The notes under the pieces were generated by a model. The model ran no database searches. It saw only the letters and a list, made by a program, of their open reading frames with translations, and was not told the origin of the DNA. Source: the human T2T-CHM13v2.0 reference genome, Homo sapiens. From it: 64,000 nucleotides of DNA. Below, piece by piece: positions 28,376 through 42,577 of the stretch. The position numbers were made by a program, and so were the translations under genes. The stretch is from assembly GCF_009914755.1 (NCBI RefSeq), contig NC_060933.1. One strand, 5' to 3'. Positions within the stretch are counted from its first letter, which is position 1; each line of letters begins with the position of its first letter.

Positions 28376-31072
28376 TAGGTACCTATATTAAGCTTTAACC
28401 AACTCATAAGAGAGGACAAATGCTTTGTTATATATTTTGTTAATTTGTTGAAAGAAAGAGGTGAGAATAATACATAGCCTGGGCCAATTTCTACAGTTTA
28501 AAAAACAAAAACAAAAACAAAAACAAAATTTCGCTGCCCTTAACAAAATGACTCTGAAATATAACACCTTTAAAAATTTGTTTTTTTGAGAACAAAACCA
28601 AAACAAAACAAAAAAACTGGGCAGTATGTAGTGAACAACTATAATGGCTACTCTACACTTTTAGTTAACATTTTTTTCCTTGGTATAGGGAGGAGGCATG
28701 AAGCCGGCAATGTATTCCTCAATACACTGAGCTTTCTCCACAGCTTCCATGCTTAGGGACTAATCCAACACATATGGCTTGGGCAGAAATGGTTTTATAA
28801 AATGAGAAACTGGGACTTCATGATATGCATAAAACCTGTGCTTAAATACTACTCAGACCAGTCCCCAAATTCATTGAACTTTACTCCCTTTTGGTTTGTA
28901 ATTAAGGAATTTAGAATCTAAATTCGTATTTAATTAAGGCTTTTAAAAGAATGCATGTTTATAAATAACAATTTTACAAAAAACTAAAAAACATTTCTTC
29001 AAAATGTAGTATCATTTTTTCAACCCACCTTATTGATCAGCAAAAAAAATGTAGTATCATTTAATCCTTCCCCAGCTCACCCTCGTTACAGCTTTCCCCT
29101 ACCATCAAAAACATACACCTTTGAAAGAGTACTACTCCATTTCTCTTTAACTTGGGTTACAGAGAAAATGGGGAGGAAGTTCTAGATTATCACATGGTGT
29201 GTACTAACAATTCCAGTAACATGTATAAATAGGTAAGAGACAGCTAAGGCATAGTTGATTTTGTGCAGAATTTAATCTCCGGGGTCTTAAGTTCAAGCTG
29301 TGTAGCCTTTGGCAAATCCATTAAACTCTTTGCATATTAATTCCCTTACATTTAAAAGGAAATGATACACCTGCCTAACTCATGGGCTACTACCAGGAGC
29401 AAATCAGAAAAAGTCACACTGCAAAGTGAAAGCTGCCATAAAATAATTATTTCATATTAAAAACATACCTTTCAATATGTATAGCCTCCTTAACTATGGA
29501 GATTAAATAAAGCTAGCTGAGTCATGAGTTTTTACCCTCAAGAGAAAGAATACCAAAAATTGTTTAATTCAAAAGGTTTTGGCTTGGCTTACTCCTAACA
29601 AGAGTTAACTTACAGAAAATTCACAAAGGCCCATTTATTGTAATTTCTTCTTAAGCTCTAAAGTAGGCATGTAAACAAAGAAAGCATGGGAATTACAAAA
29701 GACTTCCCTTCTGAAGACATCTTTGGCCAGTTCTGACTGCCTTGCGCTGAACTCCAGCTAGATACCTTGGCACTCCTGTTTTGCCAATGCGCTTTTAAAG
29801 AGGAAGGGTAAAAGTCAAAATAAAGATACACACATGAAGTAGGGTTAAGGCGTGTGCGTTTTTGGTTGAGGGTAGAAATGTAAAAATCAACCCATCCATG
29901 GTGCTGAAGACTGAGCCTGTGGTGTCCACTCTTACGGTAGTTTGCTATGGGGACAAAAAGAAATGCAGACTACTGCATAGAACCTAAAAGCTAGTGAAGA
30001 GGGAAGAGAGTTAATAAAAAGTTAAAACTAAGAGATTTAACTAATGGATAACAGAAATATAGAGGGCAGGTTAGATCATCAGGCAGCTTCCCAAGTATTT
30101 TGTTCTGAAAACAGGGTGACTGTTTCCAAAAGTCTACCTTTTCAGCTGCACTAAAAAAACTGGAAGGTCTAGTTTAGTGGGTACGCTGCTTCATTCAGTT
30201 TTGCAAAATAAAAAAAGTCCTGGAGATTGCCTAACAATGAGCATATTTAATACTACTTAACTGTATCCTTCAAAATGGTTAACATGCTAAATTTTGTTAT
30301 ATGTAGTTTACCTCAATTAAAAAGAAAACAAATGTGAAGATCTATCGCCATGGAGCTCACACTGCCAGGGACTGGAGCTGAATGGTGCCCACCACCTTGC
30401 AGAGGGTGTGTGCTCTCGCCATTTCCTACAGTCCCTCCCACATCTCCTTGTCTCACACCTGGCCTGGCCACTCATTTACCTATCTGGTCAATGAAGGTTT
30501 GCAGGTTTGTGAGCCCTGGGTGAGATCATGATTAACTGCTCAAGGAAAGGATGGCAAAGAAAAAGACTATAGTAGTTGAGTGGGTGGGGAGACCACATCT
30601 GACTAGAAGATCACTATCTGCTGATTACACTAGAGCTTAGTCTTAACAGAAAACAAGCAGTGATTATCGGGCTATGATTTCAACTTGACATTTTGGGAAA
30701 TCTAGTTACTCTAAATGGAATGCTTAGCAACACACTAAGCTTTCTTGGCTATTTTTAAAAGCACTGCGTAATGCAATGGTTTCGTAGTGGCTGAGTGGGA
30801 AATAGGAACACGTGACTCTCTATATAAACATACATGCAGCAAATTTGGCAGCCCAGCAATTCTGCTAAGTGCCTTAGAGAAACTTAACATGTACCCAAGG
30901 AAATATACACAAGAATGTTCAAGGATTTGGATTAGCAAAAATTAAGAATTAAAGTTAGTTTTTAAAATTGTAAACAACCTAAACATCCATCACCAGGAAA
31001 ACAGAAAATAAATCGCAGTATAGTCACATGTAATAGAATACTATTTGGCAGTGAAAAATAAATGATTTAGAA

Positions 31073-31281
31073 TAGGGATGGGTAAACTATGGCCCATTGG
31101 TCAAATTCAGCCTATAGCCTGTTTTTGTCCATCTTGCAAGCTAATAATGGTTTTTACATTTCAAAAGGGTTTTAAAAAACAAAAACAAAATGCACAAGAA
31201 TACATGATAGGACCATATATACCCCACAAAGGCTAAAATAATTATTAACTGGCCCTTTATAAAAAGGCTTGCTGACCCCTG
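31073..31281. mobile_element. MER58-like hAT DNA transposon relic within an old L1M fragment
   Basis: 'aggg..ggtaaactatggccc...gcctgtttttgt...ttgctgacccctg' termini typical of MER58. Confidence 0.6.
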
Positions 31282-33806
31282 ACAATAAATCTCACAAACA
31301 TGAGAAAAGAAAAAAAGCAAGATGCAGAAAAATACATGTAAGACATCATTTATACAGAACTTGCAAACATGTAAAATAAAATTAGATACATGTTTTACAA
31401 AATAAAAAATGTCCACATATAGTGAAAGGATAAGGAAATGCAGATGAATAATAAATACCAAATTTATCATAGTAGATATGGGGCGATGATAGGATATCAG
31501 GGATGGGTACACAAAGGGCTTAAACTTGAACTGTATTTGTCAAGTTTTATTTCATGTCAGGTGGTGGGAGGCTGGATGTTCACTGTATTATTCATACCTT
31601 TCTGTATATTTTAAAGACAATGGCTTTAAAAATATGCATCAATATTTATTCACCCTCAAACAGCAATTGGCTAGTATACTTATTTACTTTCCAGCGACCA
31701 TTGCTGTCAAACCGTCTGCATATCAATTGACTGCAAAGGTAAACTGGATGAAACTTTATGTTTATTTAGGAAAGTAGTAAGAAAGAGCTCGTATCCATTT
31801 TGAAAGGCGAAGAGCTCAGCTGACCAGGCTGTGATTTCAACCTGACATTTTGGGAAGTCTGGTGCCCTGAACAGAGTGCTTAGCAACACTAAGCTTTCCT
31901 GGTTATTTTTAAAAAGCACTGCATACTGCAACTGTTTTTGTGGTGGATGAGTGATGGGAAAAATCCAAGGGCAATTAGCATTCCAGAATTTTATCACGAG
32001 CTACACAGTTTAATAATACACAGAACCTGTTGAACGTTTGTCAGTTACAGGAAAGAGATCGGCAAATCAGGCCATTCAGGGAAAGCTGCCCTAAGTATGA
32101 GAAAGTCGTTAAGAATGTGGGTTAAGCAGTTGTGGGAATCAAAGTGATAAGCATAAGGAATTAAAACTTTTTCAACAGCAACTTTAAGTGGCATACATCT
32201 TTGGAAAAAAATTAACAGACAATTCTGGCAAATCATGAAGGAAATTTGGTTTCTCTTGAAATCCATTTGGAACAGCTATGCACATTTTAGTTGTCGTGAA
32301 AATATTAAACAAAAGCAAACTTTCAATATCCCAGCCTGTTTCCATTTCTGTGAAACAACTTTATTCATCAGCCAATTCTATGGCCTCACATCTCTGTCAC
32401 AAGAATGAAAAACAATCATTATTGATTGGAGTCAAAAGGGTAATAAAGTCACAAGGAACATGTCAAAATACTCAGTTTGTAACATGAAAGTCTTGCCAAC
32501 TTGTTTCTTCCCACAATCCTATCCCAAAGAAAGTCATCACAATCTTAAAACAGTCAAGGGTAAAGTTGGAAAATGACAGCAAGGGCATGAGAAATTCACA
32601 CACACTGGGACCTACGGCTGGCATCTAAGAAAACAATCTTCCCCTCCACTAGCTGGTATACTTTTTCTACTACACTCAGCTCTACTGATCCCAGGAGGCT
32701 ACAAAGAGAGACCACAACACCACCACCTGACAACAGGTAAATTCTCTTTTTGAATCATCATATTCTTCTTTCTTGCAGATGTGAAAGTACCACATGTCAT
32801 CACTAAGATTTCTCCAAGGGTCCCATTTATGTATATCAAACAGAAAGGCTTGTGTAATTTTCAGATGAATAACCTATGTCTATACAGATTATGTGGTTTT
32901 CCAGACGTTTCCAAGTTTGGTCACTACTATCAAACTAGTATTTTCTTATCCCCACCCTGCTGCAACCTCTACCATATACTCAACACCACTCATACACTAA
33001 AAACAAAAGAAAAGACAATTGTAGAATCAGAAAAAGAGACTATTGATGCAGAATGAAGAAAACACATAGTTTAGAATGCAATTTTTACTTTGGAGTACTT
33101 CCCCTAAGAGGACAATTGGTTTTTCTGAAGGCAACGTTAGCGATAAATACACTACATTCAAGTATTACCACTTTATGGCCACTACACTGGACTAGAAGGA
33201 ATTTCTGAAATGTCAAAAGGAAGCTAGAGTTTTAATTTTAGTAATAACTTTTAATCTGACCCTACAAAAGCTCTAAGAAGCATCACAACTGAGTGAGTTT
33301 TGTACATTTCTCTTCTCCATCAGCTCAATCCAGCACAGATGCATTGATTAACTGGGTAACTGTGCAGAGGTAATTATTTCTCCACAGGGAGAGAGATAAT
33401 TTAATAGGTCACAGATACTCTCTGCTTGTATTTGAGTTCTGGAATAACTAAGGAATTACTATGCTAGTTTCTGATCATATCTAAATATCACTTTGCTAAT
33501 TTTCCATAGTTTAGAATCACGTATGTTCTAAAGTACCATGTTATCCTAATCCAAAATAAAAGTGTTAAATCTTAATTTGACCAGTCTTAAATATTTAAAA
33601 CAGTATTAATATCAAGTTACAAGGTTAAGATTTACACAGGAATAAAACAAACCTCCAAAATAAAACATAATTAACTTAAAAGTAAGCAAAAATACTGATA
33701 GAAGGCACAGCTGCAAGTCTTTACACATGCATGGTGAAATCAAGCTTACACATCCACAACTGGTTTATCGATGTAACTTAAATTCAAGACCATCAGGATT
33801 ACTTAC

Positions 33807-33887
33807 TGATATGATTATCTGCTTCACAAGCTTAGTATCATCAATACAATCAAATGCCGCCAGTAAAACCAAATGGGAGTATTGGCC
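33807..33887 (-). CDS. PUM3: PUM3 exon 13 (GQYSHLVLLAAFDCIDDTKLVKQIIIS)
   Basis: AG/GT boundaries; 81 nt. Confidence 0.96.
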
Positions 33888-33973
33888 CTGCAAGAATTGG
33901 AAGCCAGCAAAGGTTAAAAACAAGTGCATAGATCTTCCCTCTTATTTCACACATGGAATATCTTCATAAAGGT

Positions 33974-34009
33974 AGAGCGAGACTCCGCTCAAAAAAAAAA
34001 AAAAAAAAA
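33974..34009 (+). mobile_element. Severely 5'-truncated Alu (last ~17 nt + A19)
   Basis: 'agagcgagactccgctc' followed by poly(A) corresponds to the Alu 3' terminus. Confidence 0.7.
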
Positions 34010-34952
34010 GATTACCTACATTGACAACTTGTCTAACATAACAAGATGAATAAAAGCCATTTTAATGAACTTCCTCTCTTATCACGACCTCATTAATTAT
34101 ATTCTAGAGGTAAGGTTGATTTTTTTTTAAAGCACATTATTCATTACCAAATAGTCTAAAACTAATACCTATTTACATAGGTTACTGTTAATGAATAGCT
34201 ACTTGAAAATTATACTTAAAAGTTCAAGTTATAAGATTAACTTCAAAAAACCTACATATATAAACACATATATGATACTCCAATCATGAAAAAGAAAATA
34301 TAAACTCATACAATTTTACACACATACACACACACACACGATATACATAATACATGTACACAGAAAATCCTGGAAGGCAAGGCATTGTAATAGTCATCTC
34401 TGGGTTATACAAATGATTTTTAATTTTCTTTTCTATATTGCTCAATTTCTTTAAAGTGATCTCACAAAATTAGAATATAAATATGAAAAAATAAACTAGA
34501 AGAGTATAATTATACACTGAATGAGAATGATATAAAAATCATTACTTTAAAAAAAGTATAGCTGCATGAGATCACAGAAATACACATGTGGCTTTCACAA
34601 CACTCATCTTTTGAAATAAAATTATTTCCATGATGCTAATACTGTTCCAAACATTTAAAGAACACCTACTTTATGTTAAGAACAAAAACAAAAGAAAACA
34701 AAAACCTGTTTCCAGAGCTTGTGGCATGAGTATCCTGGATGTTGATATAATTGTTTCAAACTCTGATAGGAATTTGATTTTTGATAATAGCCCACAATCA
34801 TTCAGAGCCAGATCTGATAAATATCACAGATAATACAATTTCAATTAGAAACAATAACGAAGTTGCTAACTGTAAAGTCAAAAAGACAAACTGAAGACAA
34901 ACAACAAAGGTCTTACTATACAAAGACCAACAACCAACTAAAAATGGGCAAA

Positions 34953-36240
<1,288 letters not shown>

Positions 36241-37579
36241 CAAATCCATGGGTAACGTTAGCTTATCACCCCTTTAGAAGTAACTCTTCGAGATTTAAAA
36301 AGATATGTACTTAGTGTTAAATTACCTGACATAAACAAACTGTAGAACTAAAACAATATAATTTTATTATTTTAAAATGTTATACTCTTAATACCTTTGT
36401 GAATTTTCTATTAACATTCTAGTTTTTACTCATTTTAATGTAAGGTATTCAAATTAGAATGTCACGCAAAAAAATTTACTTAATATTGAATTATGAATTA
36501 TAATTATGAATTATATTTATATTTATAACAATAATATAATGTTATATAATATATAACATTATAATTCATATTATAATTATGAATTATGAAATATATATGA
36601 ATATTGAATTATGAATTATAAAAAATATGAGAATTCCATATTTCACTTTATTATAGGAACGTTAGCTGCCTTCTGAATTCTTCTAATTTCTAGCCCAACA
36701 GAAGACAATAGTCAAGTACACAATCACACAGCATTAATTTTAACTTGTTTGATTTAGTATTTCAAACAAGTTGAAGTATTCCCCAGATGCTAGTAGTTCT
36801 CACTGGATGTTTTCAAAGGATAAAGTAGTTGATTACTACATAATTTTAGTTCATCAATAAATTAGAAATTTGTTATCCATCAAATATATAAAGTATAACT
36901 CAAAAATTAAAATTGTATTCACTACATATATTCTAGTTACAGTACACCATAGCAACAGCATGAAAAATTATTTAATAACTAAAAACATATAAACACTATT
37001 TTTGAAGCAACAAATCCCCCAGAAAAAACTTTTGTACCTATGAATTTCATTAGGAAAATTGTTACTGCATTTCTAAAGAGCTATAAAATTTAACAACTAA
37101 AAATTTCCATAACCACACTGCAAATTTATTCTTAAAAAAAAGATACATTTTAATTTCTTTTATGGTTTTGGTCATAAGAAAAACTACTATCAAGTTTCTG
37201 AAGTGCAATCTGGCATCATTTACCCAGAGACTAAAATATGTACATACTGTATCCAGGCAGTAATTCCCATATTTAATTAACATGACTGGACAAATTCACC
37301 AAAAAAGCTAGTAAATATCAGGTTTTCAAAGAATATCTAATAAAAGTAGAGAACTATCACAATACAATGTTAAATTAAAAAAGGAGAAAAGAATGCATGT
37401 GACATGATTTCCATTTTGTGTAGATAAAATATGAAAATACATGTAGATGCAAAGAAAAATATAATAAAACAATAATTTTCTGCTTGGTAATTTTCTGAAT
37501 TTTTCCAAATTTTCTATAATAGACATGAATTCATCTTACTATCAAAAATAATTAGAATATGTAGTTTTATTATACTTAC

Positions 37580-37633
37580 ATTAGCCACCTTTTCAACATA
37601 AGTCTTCATTGTTTTCACAATCACTTTCCTGTC
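37580..37633 (-). CDS. PUM3: PUM3 exon 12 (DRKVIVKTMKTYVEKVAN)
   Basis: AG/GT boundaries; 54 nt. Confidence 0.96.
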
Positions 37634-37843
37634 CTTAAAAAGGAAAGATTGTCTCACTGAATTTTCAGTTATGTATTAAGGGTATTTTGTAGTTAAACAT
37701 TTTAATATAATATTTATTAAGTTTTCATTTGAGTGGCATATGTTTTCATTAGTAAAAATAATAGTTATACAGCCAGAACAAAAAAACTGTAATATACCGA
37801 AGAAGTTGGCTTAGAGCTATTACAAGCTTAGATGTGTATGTGA

Positions 37844-37880
37844 TAGGGTTAGGGTTAGGGTTAGGGTTAGGGTTAGGGTT
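37844..37880 (+). repeat. Interstitial telomeric sequence, (TAGGGT)6T
   Basis: Perfect TTAGGG-register array of 37 bp in intron 11. Confidence 0.95.
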
Positions 37881-38515
37881 TGCAAGCCACCTTTCACAGT
37901 GAGACCAGACAGATCCTTCTTCCAAGGTCTAAACTGTCCTCAAATGCAGAGTCTAGCAAACAGTTAGTACTCATCTGCATTTGTTGAATAAAATTAAATT
38001 TGCATTAAAAAAAGTAGATATAGTACAACTATCTTTTAAAGGCAGAATTATGCTGACCAAGGAAATAATGATAATTTCTGTTAAACTTCTGTGATTAATA
38101 AGGATCTTTACCTTTTCCCTCAAGTACATAACACCTATGGGAGCAAATGTGTGTGGCCAGCTGTTTGTTATCTCTTCCCATTTTCCCCTGCCACAGTATG
38201 ATCATTAAAAGAGGAGGTACCAAAACCTCTATAAACTAAAGCTTAAATACATATTATGTTTACTTGCTTGATAGATCTCTTCCCATCCTTTAATGAAACT
38301 TCAAGGTTTCTACTAAAGCAGAGGAAAGAAGAAACACTAGGCCTAAAGAAGATGGCTCATTCCCATCAGGCTCTAAGGCACAACTTTTGGAAGATAATGC
38401 ACAACAGGGCAAAGACCAAAGGGGGTTAAAAGTCTAAGGACAGCTAAGTCAAGCCTGCAGATAAAGCATGGCCCTGACTTGTACAGTTTAAATGCCCAAG
38501 TGCTGTCACACTTAC

Positions 38516-38614
38516 CTTGGGCGTGCCATGCCACAGGCAGTGCATGGCCACTCTGGCGCCATCGTGTGTGTGTGCCAGGTAGACCACCGCTTCGCGGATG
38601 GCTTCAATCATTTC
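38516..38614 (-). CDS. PUM3: PUM3 exon 11 (EMIEAIREAVVYLAHTHDGARVAMHCLWHGTPK)
   Basis: AG/GT boundaries; 99 nt. Confidence 0.96.
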
Positions 38615-39248
38615 CTAGGGAACAAATGCTGTCAGGAACAGGGCTCTGCTTTATTTTCTTCTTTCTACTGTTTTATCTGTCTGTCTACAGGGGGCAGTTA
38701 TGCAGAGAGAAGGAAAGGAAGAGAGTGCCAGGTAGCAAACAATTTCATTTTGTAGACAATCAAACAGAAACACGAGCTCTTTCTAGAAATGTTCTTTTCC
38801 ATCAAGAGCAGTAAATACTGCTGGCAGACAATATCTATTAAAAACAATACCTGACTTTTACCAATGTCTGTTAAAAAAAAGGTCAAGCTATATGTGTAAT
38901 ATAATATATTCTAAATAATTTTCCAAGAAAAAGAAGCCTAGGAGGTGGTGGTGATAAGAAGGGAGCTTTTAACAGAATAGCGAGACAAAGAAAATGCTCT
39001 TCCCCAAAAGAGACCTGTATGCAATAAACAGAATCAAAACACTCATTTTGACTGAAAAGCTTCCCTTTTCAGTTCATAACTGGATTATCTCCAAAAATCA
39101 CATTCTTTACCATAAACACGCTTACATAACATTTCCTCATGAAAAATTTCTATACTAACATTTAGACTAAGACCTCACCTATAAAATGACCCTTTAGTAA
39201 AAAACATTTAATTTCTCACTAGGTAGCTTAGCTTAATTTAACCTTTAG

Positions 39249-39578
<330 letters not shown>

Positions 39579-40871
39579 CTATATTTTCAAAGTCTAAGGC
39601 ATGTAGGATGTAAATGAGTTCTGGCAACTAACAAGTGCAGAGCTCCATTTTAGTCTATTCCCAATTTAAAAATGTACATTAAATAAATACAAAGCCTCAT
39701 GCCACGAAAGAGAGGGTAGGTGCCTAATTTCATCAATAAGGAACAAACAATTTCAGCCTCAAGGATCTAACAATCCCTTCCCAAGATGACTCTCAAGAGC
39801 AGTTTCAACTAACATATCTGAACTTAGGAATCTCTTCAGAGCTATCCAGATGGAAAGCCATGCATATATTCCAATTATGCTTCCATTTTCCCCGAAGGTT
39901 TTTTTTTTTTTAAGTCTCTTTTGAAAATGCCCCCAATACCAGAAAAGACAATTTGTCTCATTACTTTACACGCATGCTAAGTTCCAAATGATTTTTTGCT
40001 GTTACTGAAACATTCAACACTAAAAAGATACTTTCTACCACTGAATATATTCAAATAATCATTGTGTCATTTCTGAGCATACAGTCCTGCCTCAGAACCG
40101 TGGGATACTGTATTTTTCAGGAAGTAAGAAAAATCTCCAAAAGAGAAGGTGCTGCTATGGTCATCAAACCATAAGCTTACGTGGGTGGCTACCATCAGGA
40201 AATTATTTTGCATGCCAATTTTAAGAGGGTCAAAACTCCAATGAATGTATAGTCTGGCGTTATTTGTTAAGTCAGTCTCATTATTTTCATTATCCCTTGT
40301 GATTGGAAAATGAGGACAAATGGACAATGAGCTCACTGTATGATGAGGCAAGCAAAGTTCAGGGAACTAAATGATGAATTCTCATTTGTATTCCCATGAC
40401 TGACTTGAAGGGCAGTGCAATTTACCTTCACTCTGTTCTTCTATGATATAAAGTCCAGGTTTTCATCGTCCATTTAGTTTTACAAACATATCCTCCTCTA
40501 ACCTTTTAATGCCAAGCTAATTTTTTTTTTGTATTAGCACAGTTGAATTTAAAACTATCCGAATGCTTGAATATTCCTCCACGAGTTAGTTAATTTTCAG
40601 ATTAGGTTAGCCAGCGGATACTCTCTGGATTATAATTAAGATATAAAAATTTAATATGATTAGTAAAACTAGGGTCAATTCTATTGTTTACTGGAATAAA
40701 ACCTAAATGGAATTAGCAAACGTGTTCAAAGGGAGTTGAGTAAATTATCTTCCCTAAATAAGGAAGCAACTCTAAAATTTCCACAAGACAACGTACATCA
40801 AAGCAGTTTTTCAAATTTCTACACCGCTCCTCCTCCATGTTTTAGTTTAAAAACAAAAACCAAGAACTTAC

Positions 40872-40950
40872 TGATCTGAGTTTGGGGGGTGCATAGGTAA
40901 AAAAGTCCAAGAATACTTTATGCACCAATGAGTGCTTAATCACAGCTTCC
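40872..40950 (-). CDS. PUM3: PUM3 exon 10 (EAVIKHSLVHKVFLDFFTYAPPKLRS)
   Basis: AG/GT boundaries; 79 nt. Confidence 0.96.
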
Positions 40951-41831
40951 CTGAAAACAGAAAAAAAAAGCAAAAAGACACAACAGATCTGGCACTACAG
41001 TCATACAAAGACAGGTAATCTCAAAGTCCTAAAGTAATCTAAACAAGTGAAATGGTTTTACTGAATACAATTTGTCATAAAATAGACTGTATTTTTCAGA
41101 AATACTAAAACTTAAACAAAAATTTAGATGGTAAAATTGATTTAGTGCCATCTACAACCAAGACCAGAGTATAAACTTCTAGTATTTAATCGGCAAACAT
41201 AAAATCAACATTTGAAATATGCTCTGCTCTATTAAATAAGGACATCTACATTTTTTCCCCCAGCACTGGACATAATGATTAGAAATCCACATGTGGATGT
41301 ATTTTTTTAATAGTTGTTTTATTTCTGTTAACACCCTTCACAATCCATCTGTTTCACAAAATAATTTTAGCAGAATTAAAACTTGAATGAACCAAACATT
41401 GTCAGCAATTGCAACAACACCTACTTAATCCAAACCCCCTAGTGTGACACTTGGTGGATCCAGGTGTACAGTGGAGGCCGATGGTCAGGCATAAAAGACC
41501 TAAAGTTCACAGGTGATACCCAAGTAGACAGCAAAAACTAACACTGCCTTCATGGGCAAAGCACTGTTCTGAGTGTTTTGGAACAACCAACCCATTTAAT
41601 CTTCACAAAATTCCTATGAAGTCTGTACTATTATTATCCCAATTTTACAAATATGGTAATTGAGGCACAGGGAGGTTAAGTTGCCAAAGATTGCAGTTAG
41701 TAATAGTTGGGGGAGTGGGGAACCAGGAGTCGTACCCAGGCAGTCGGGTCCCAAAAGCTATGCTCAGCCACTCCACTACTGGACAGATGCCATGAAGGGC
41801 ACATGCACAGGCTTCCAAGTCTTACAATCCA

Positions 41832-42139
41832 TTTTTTAATTTTTTTTTATTTTTTTAAGGCAAGGTCTCACTCTGTTGCCTAGGCTGGAATGCAGTGGCA
41901 CAACCATGGCTCACTGCAGCCATGACCTCCTGGGCTCCAGTGAGCCTCCTGCCTCTCAGCCTCCCAAGTAGCCAAGACTATACACACATGCCATAAAGCC
42001 TGGCTAATTTTCTTATTTTTTCGTAGAGATGGGGTCTTGCTATTGCCCCAGATGGTCTTGAACTCCTGGCCTCAAGTGATTCTCCCAGCTTGGTTCCCCA
42101 AAGTGCTAGAATTATAGGCGTGAGCCACTGTACCTTGCC
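41832..42139 (-). mobile_element. AluJ-like (intron 9)
   Basis: Diverged reverse-complement Alu. Confidence 0.9.
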
Positions 42140-42473
42140 TACAACCAAATTTGAGTAACAGATTATATTTGTGAAACTGTTTAGTATACATGGCTTCCAT
42201 GTAACATTTTATTTGGGGAAAGAATGTTTCATTGCTTAAAAAAGCTCATAAATCACGAATGCATGTTAGTTATCATTTTATAGGGTACAATATCAGAAAA
42301 AGAAATCTCCTTTTGCACCAAGAATGGTTTCAAACCAACACTTTTGCACTCTTATTTAGAATAGATTAATACTTGTAAGCAGGAAATAGCTACCTCTTCT
42401 GGGCAACAGTTATGGAAAACCTTCCTCCTTTGAATGTCATTTCTTAAGAACAAAACAAAAACAACTTTCTTAC

Positions 42474-42577
42474 TTTTGGGCCATTGGAGTTAGAATCTGT
42501 TTCATTTCATCCATAATAAGTTCTAATTTTTCTGGCTGTACCTCTAACACTTTGTCCAGAGTTGGGTGATCTGCTGA
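42474..42577 (-). CDS. PUM3: PUM3 exon 9 (SADHPTLDKVLEVQPEKLELIMDEMKQILTPMAQ), contains the HA-8 epitope region
   Basis: AG/GT boundaries; 104 nt. Confidence 0.96.
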
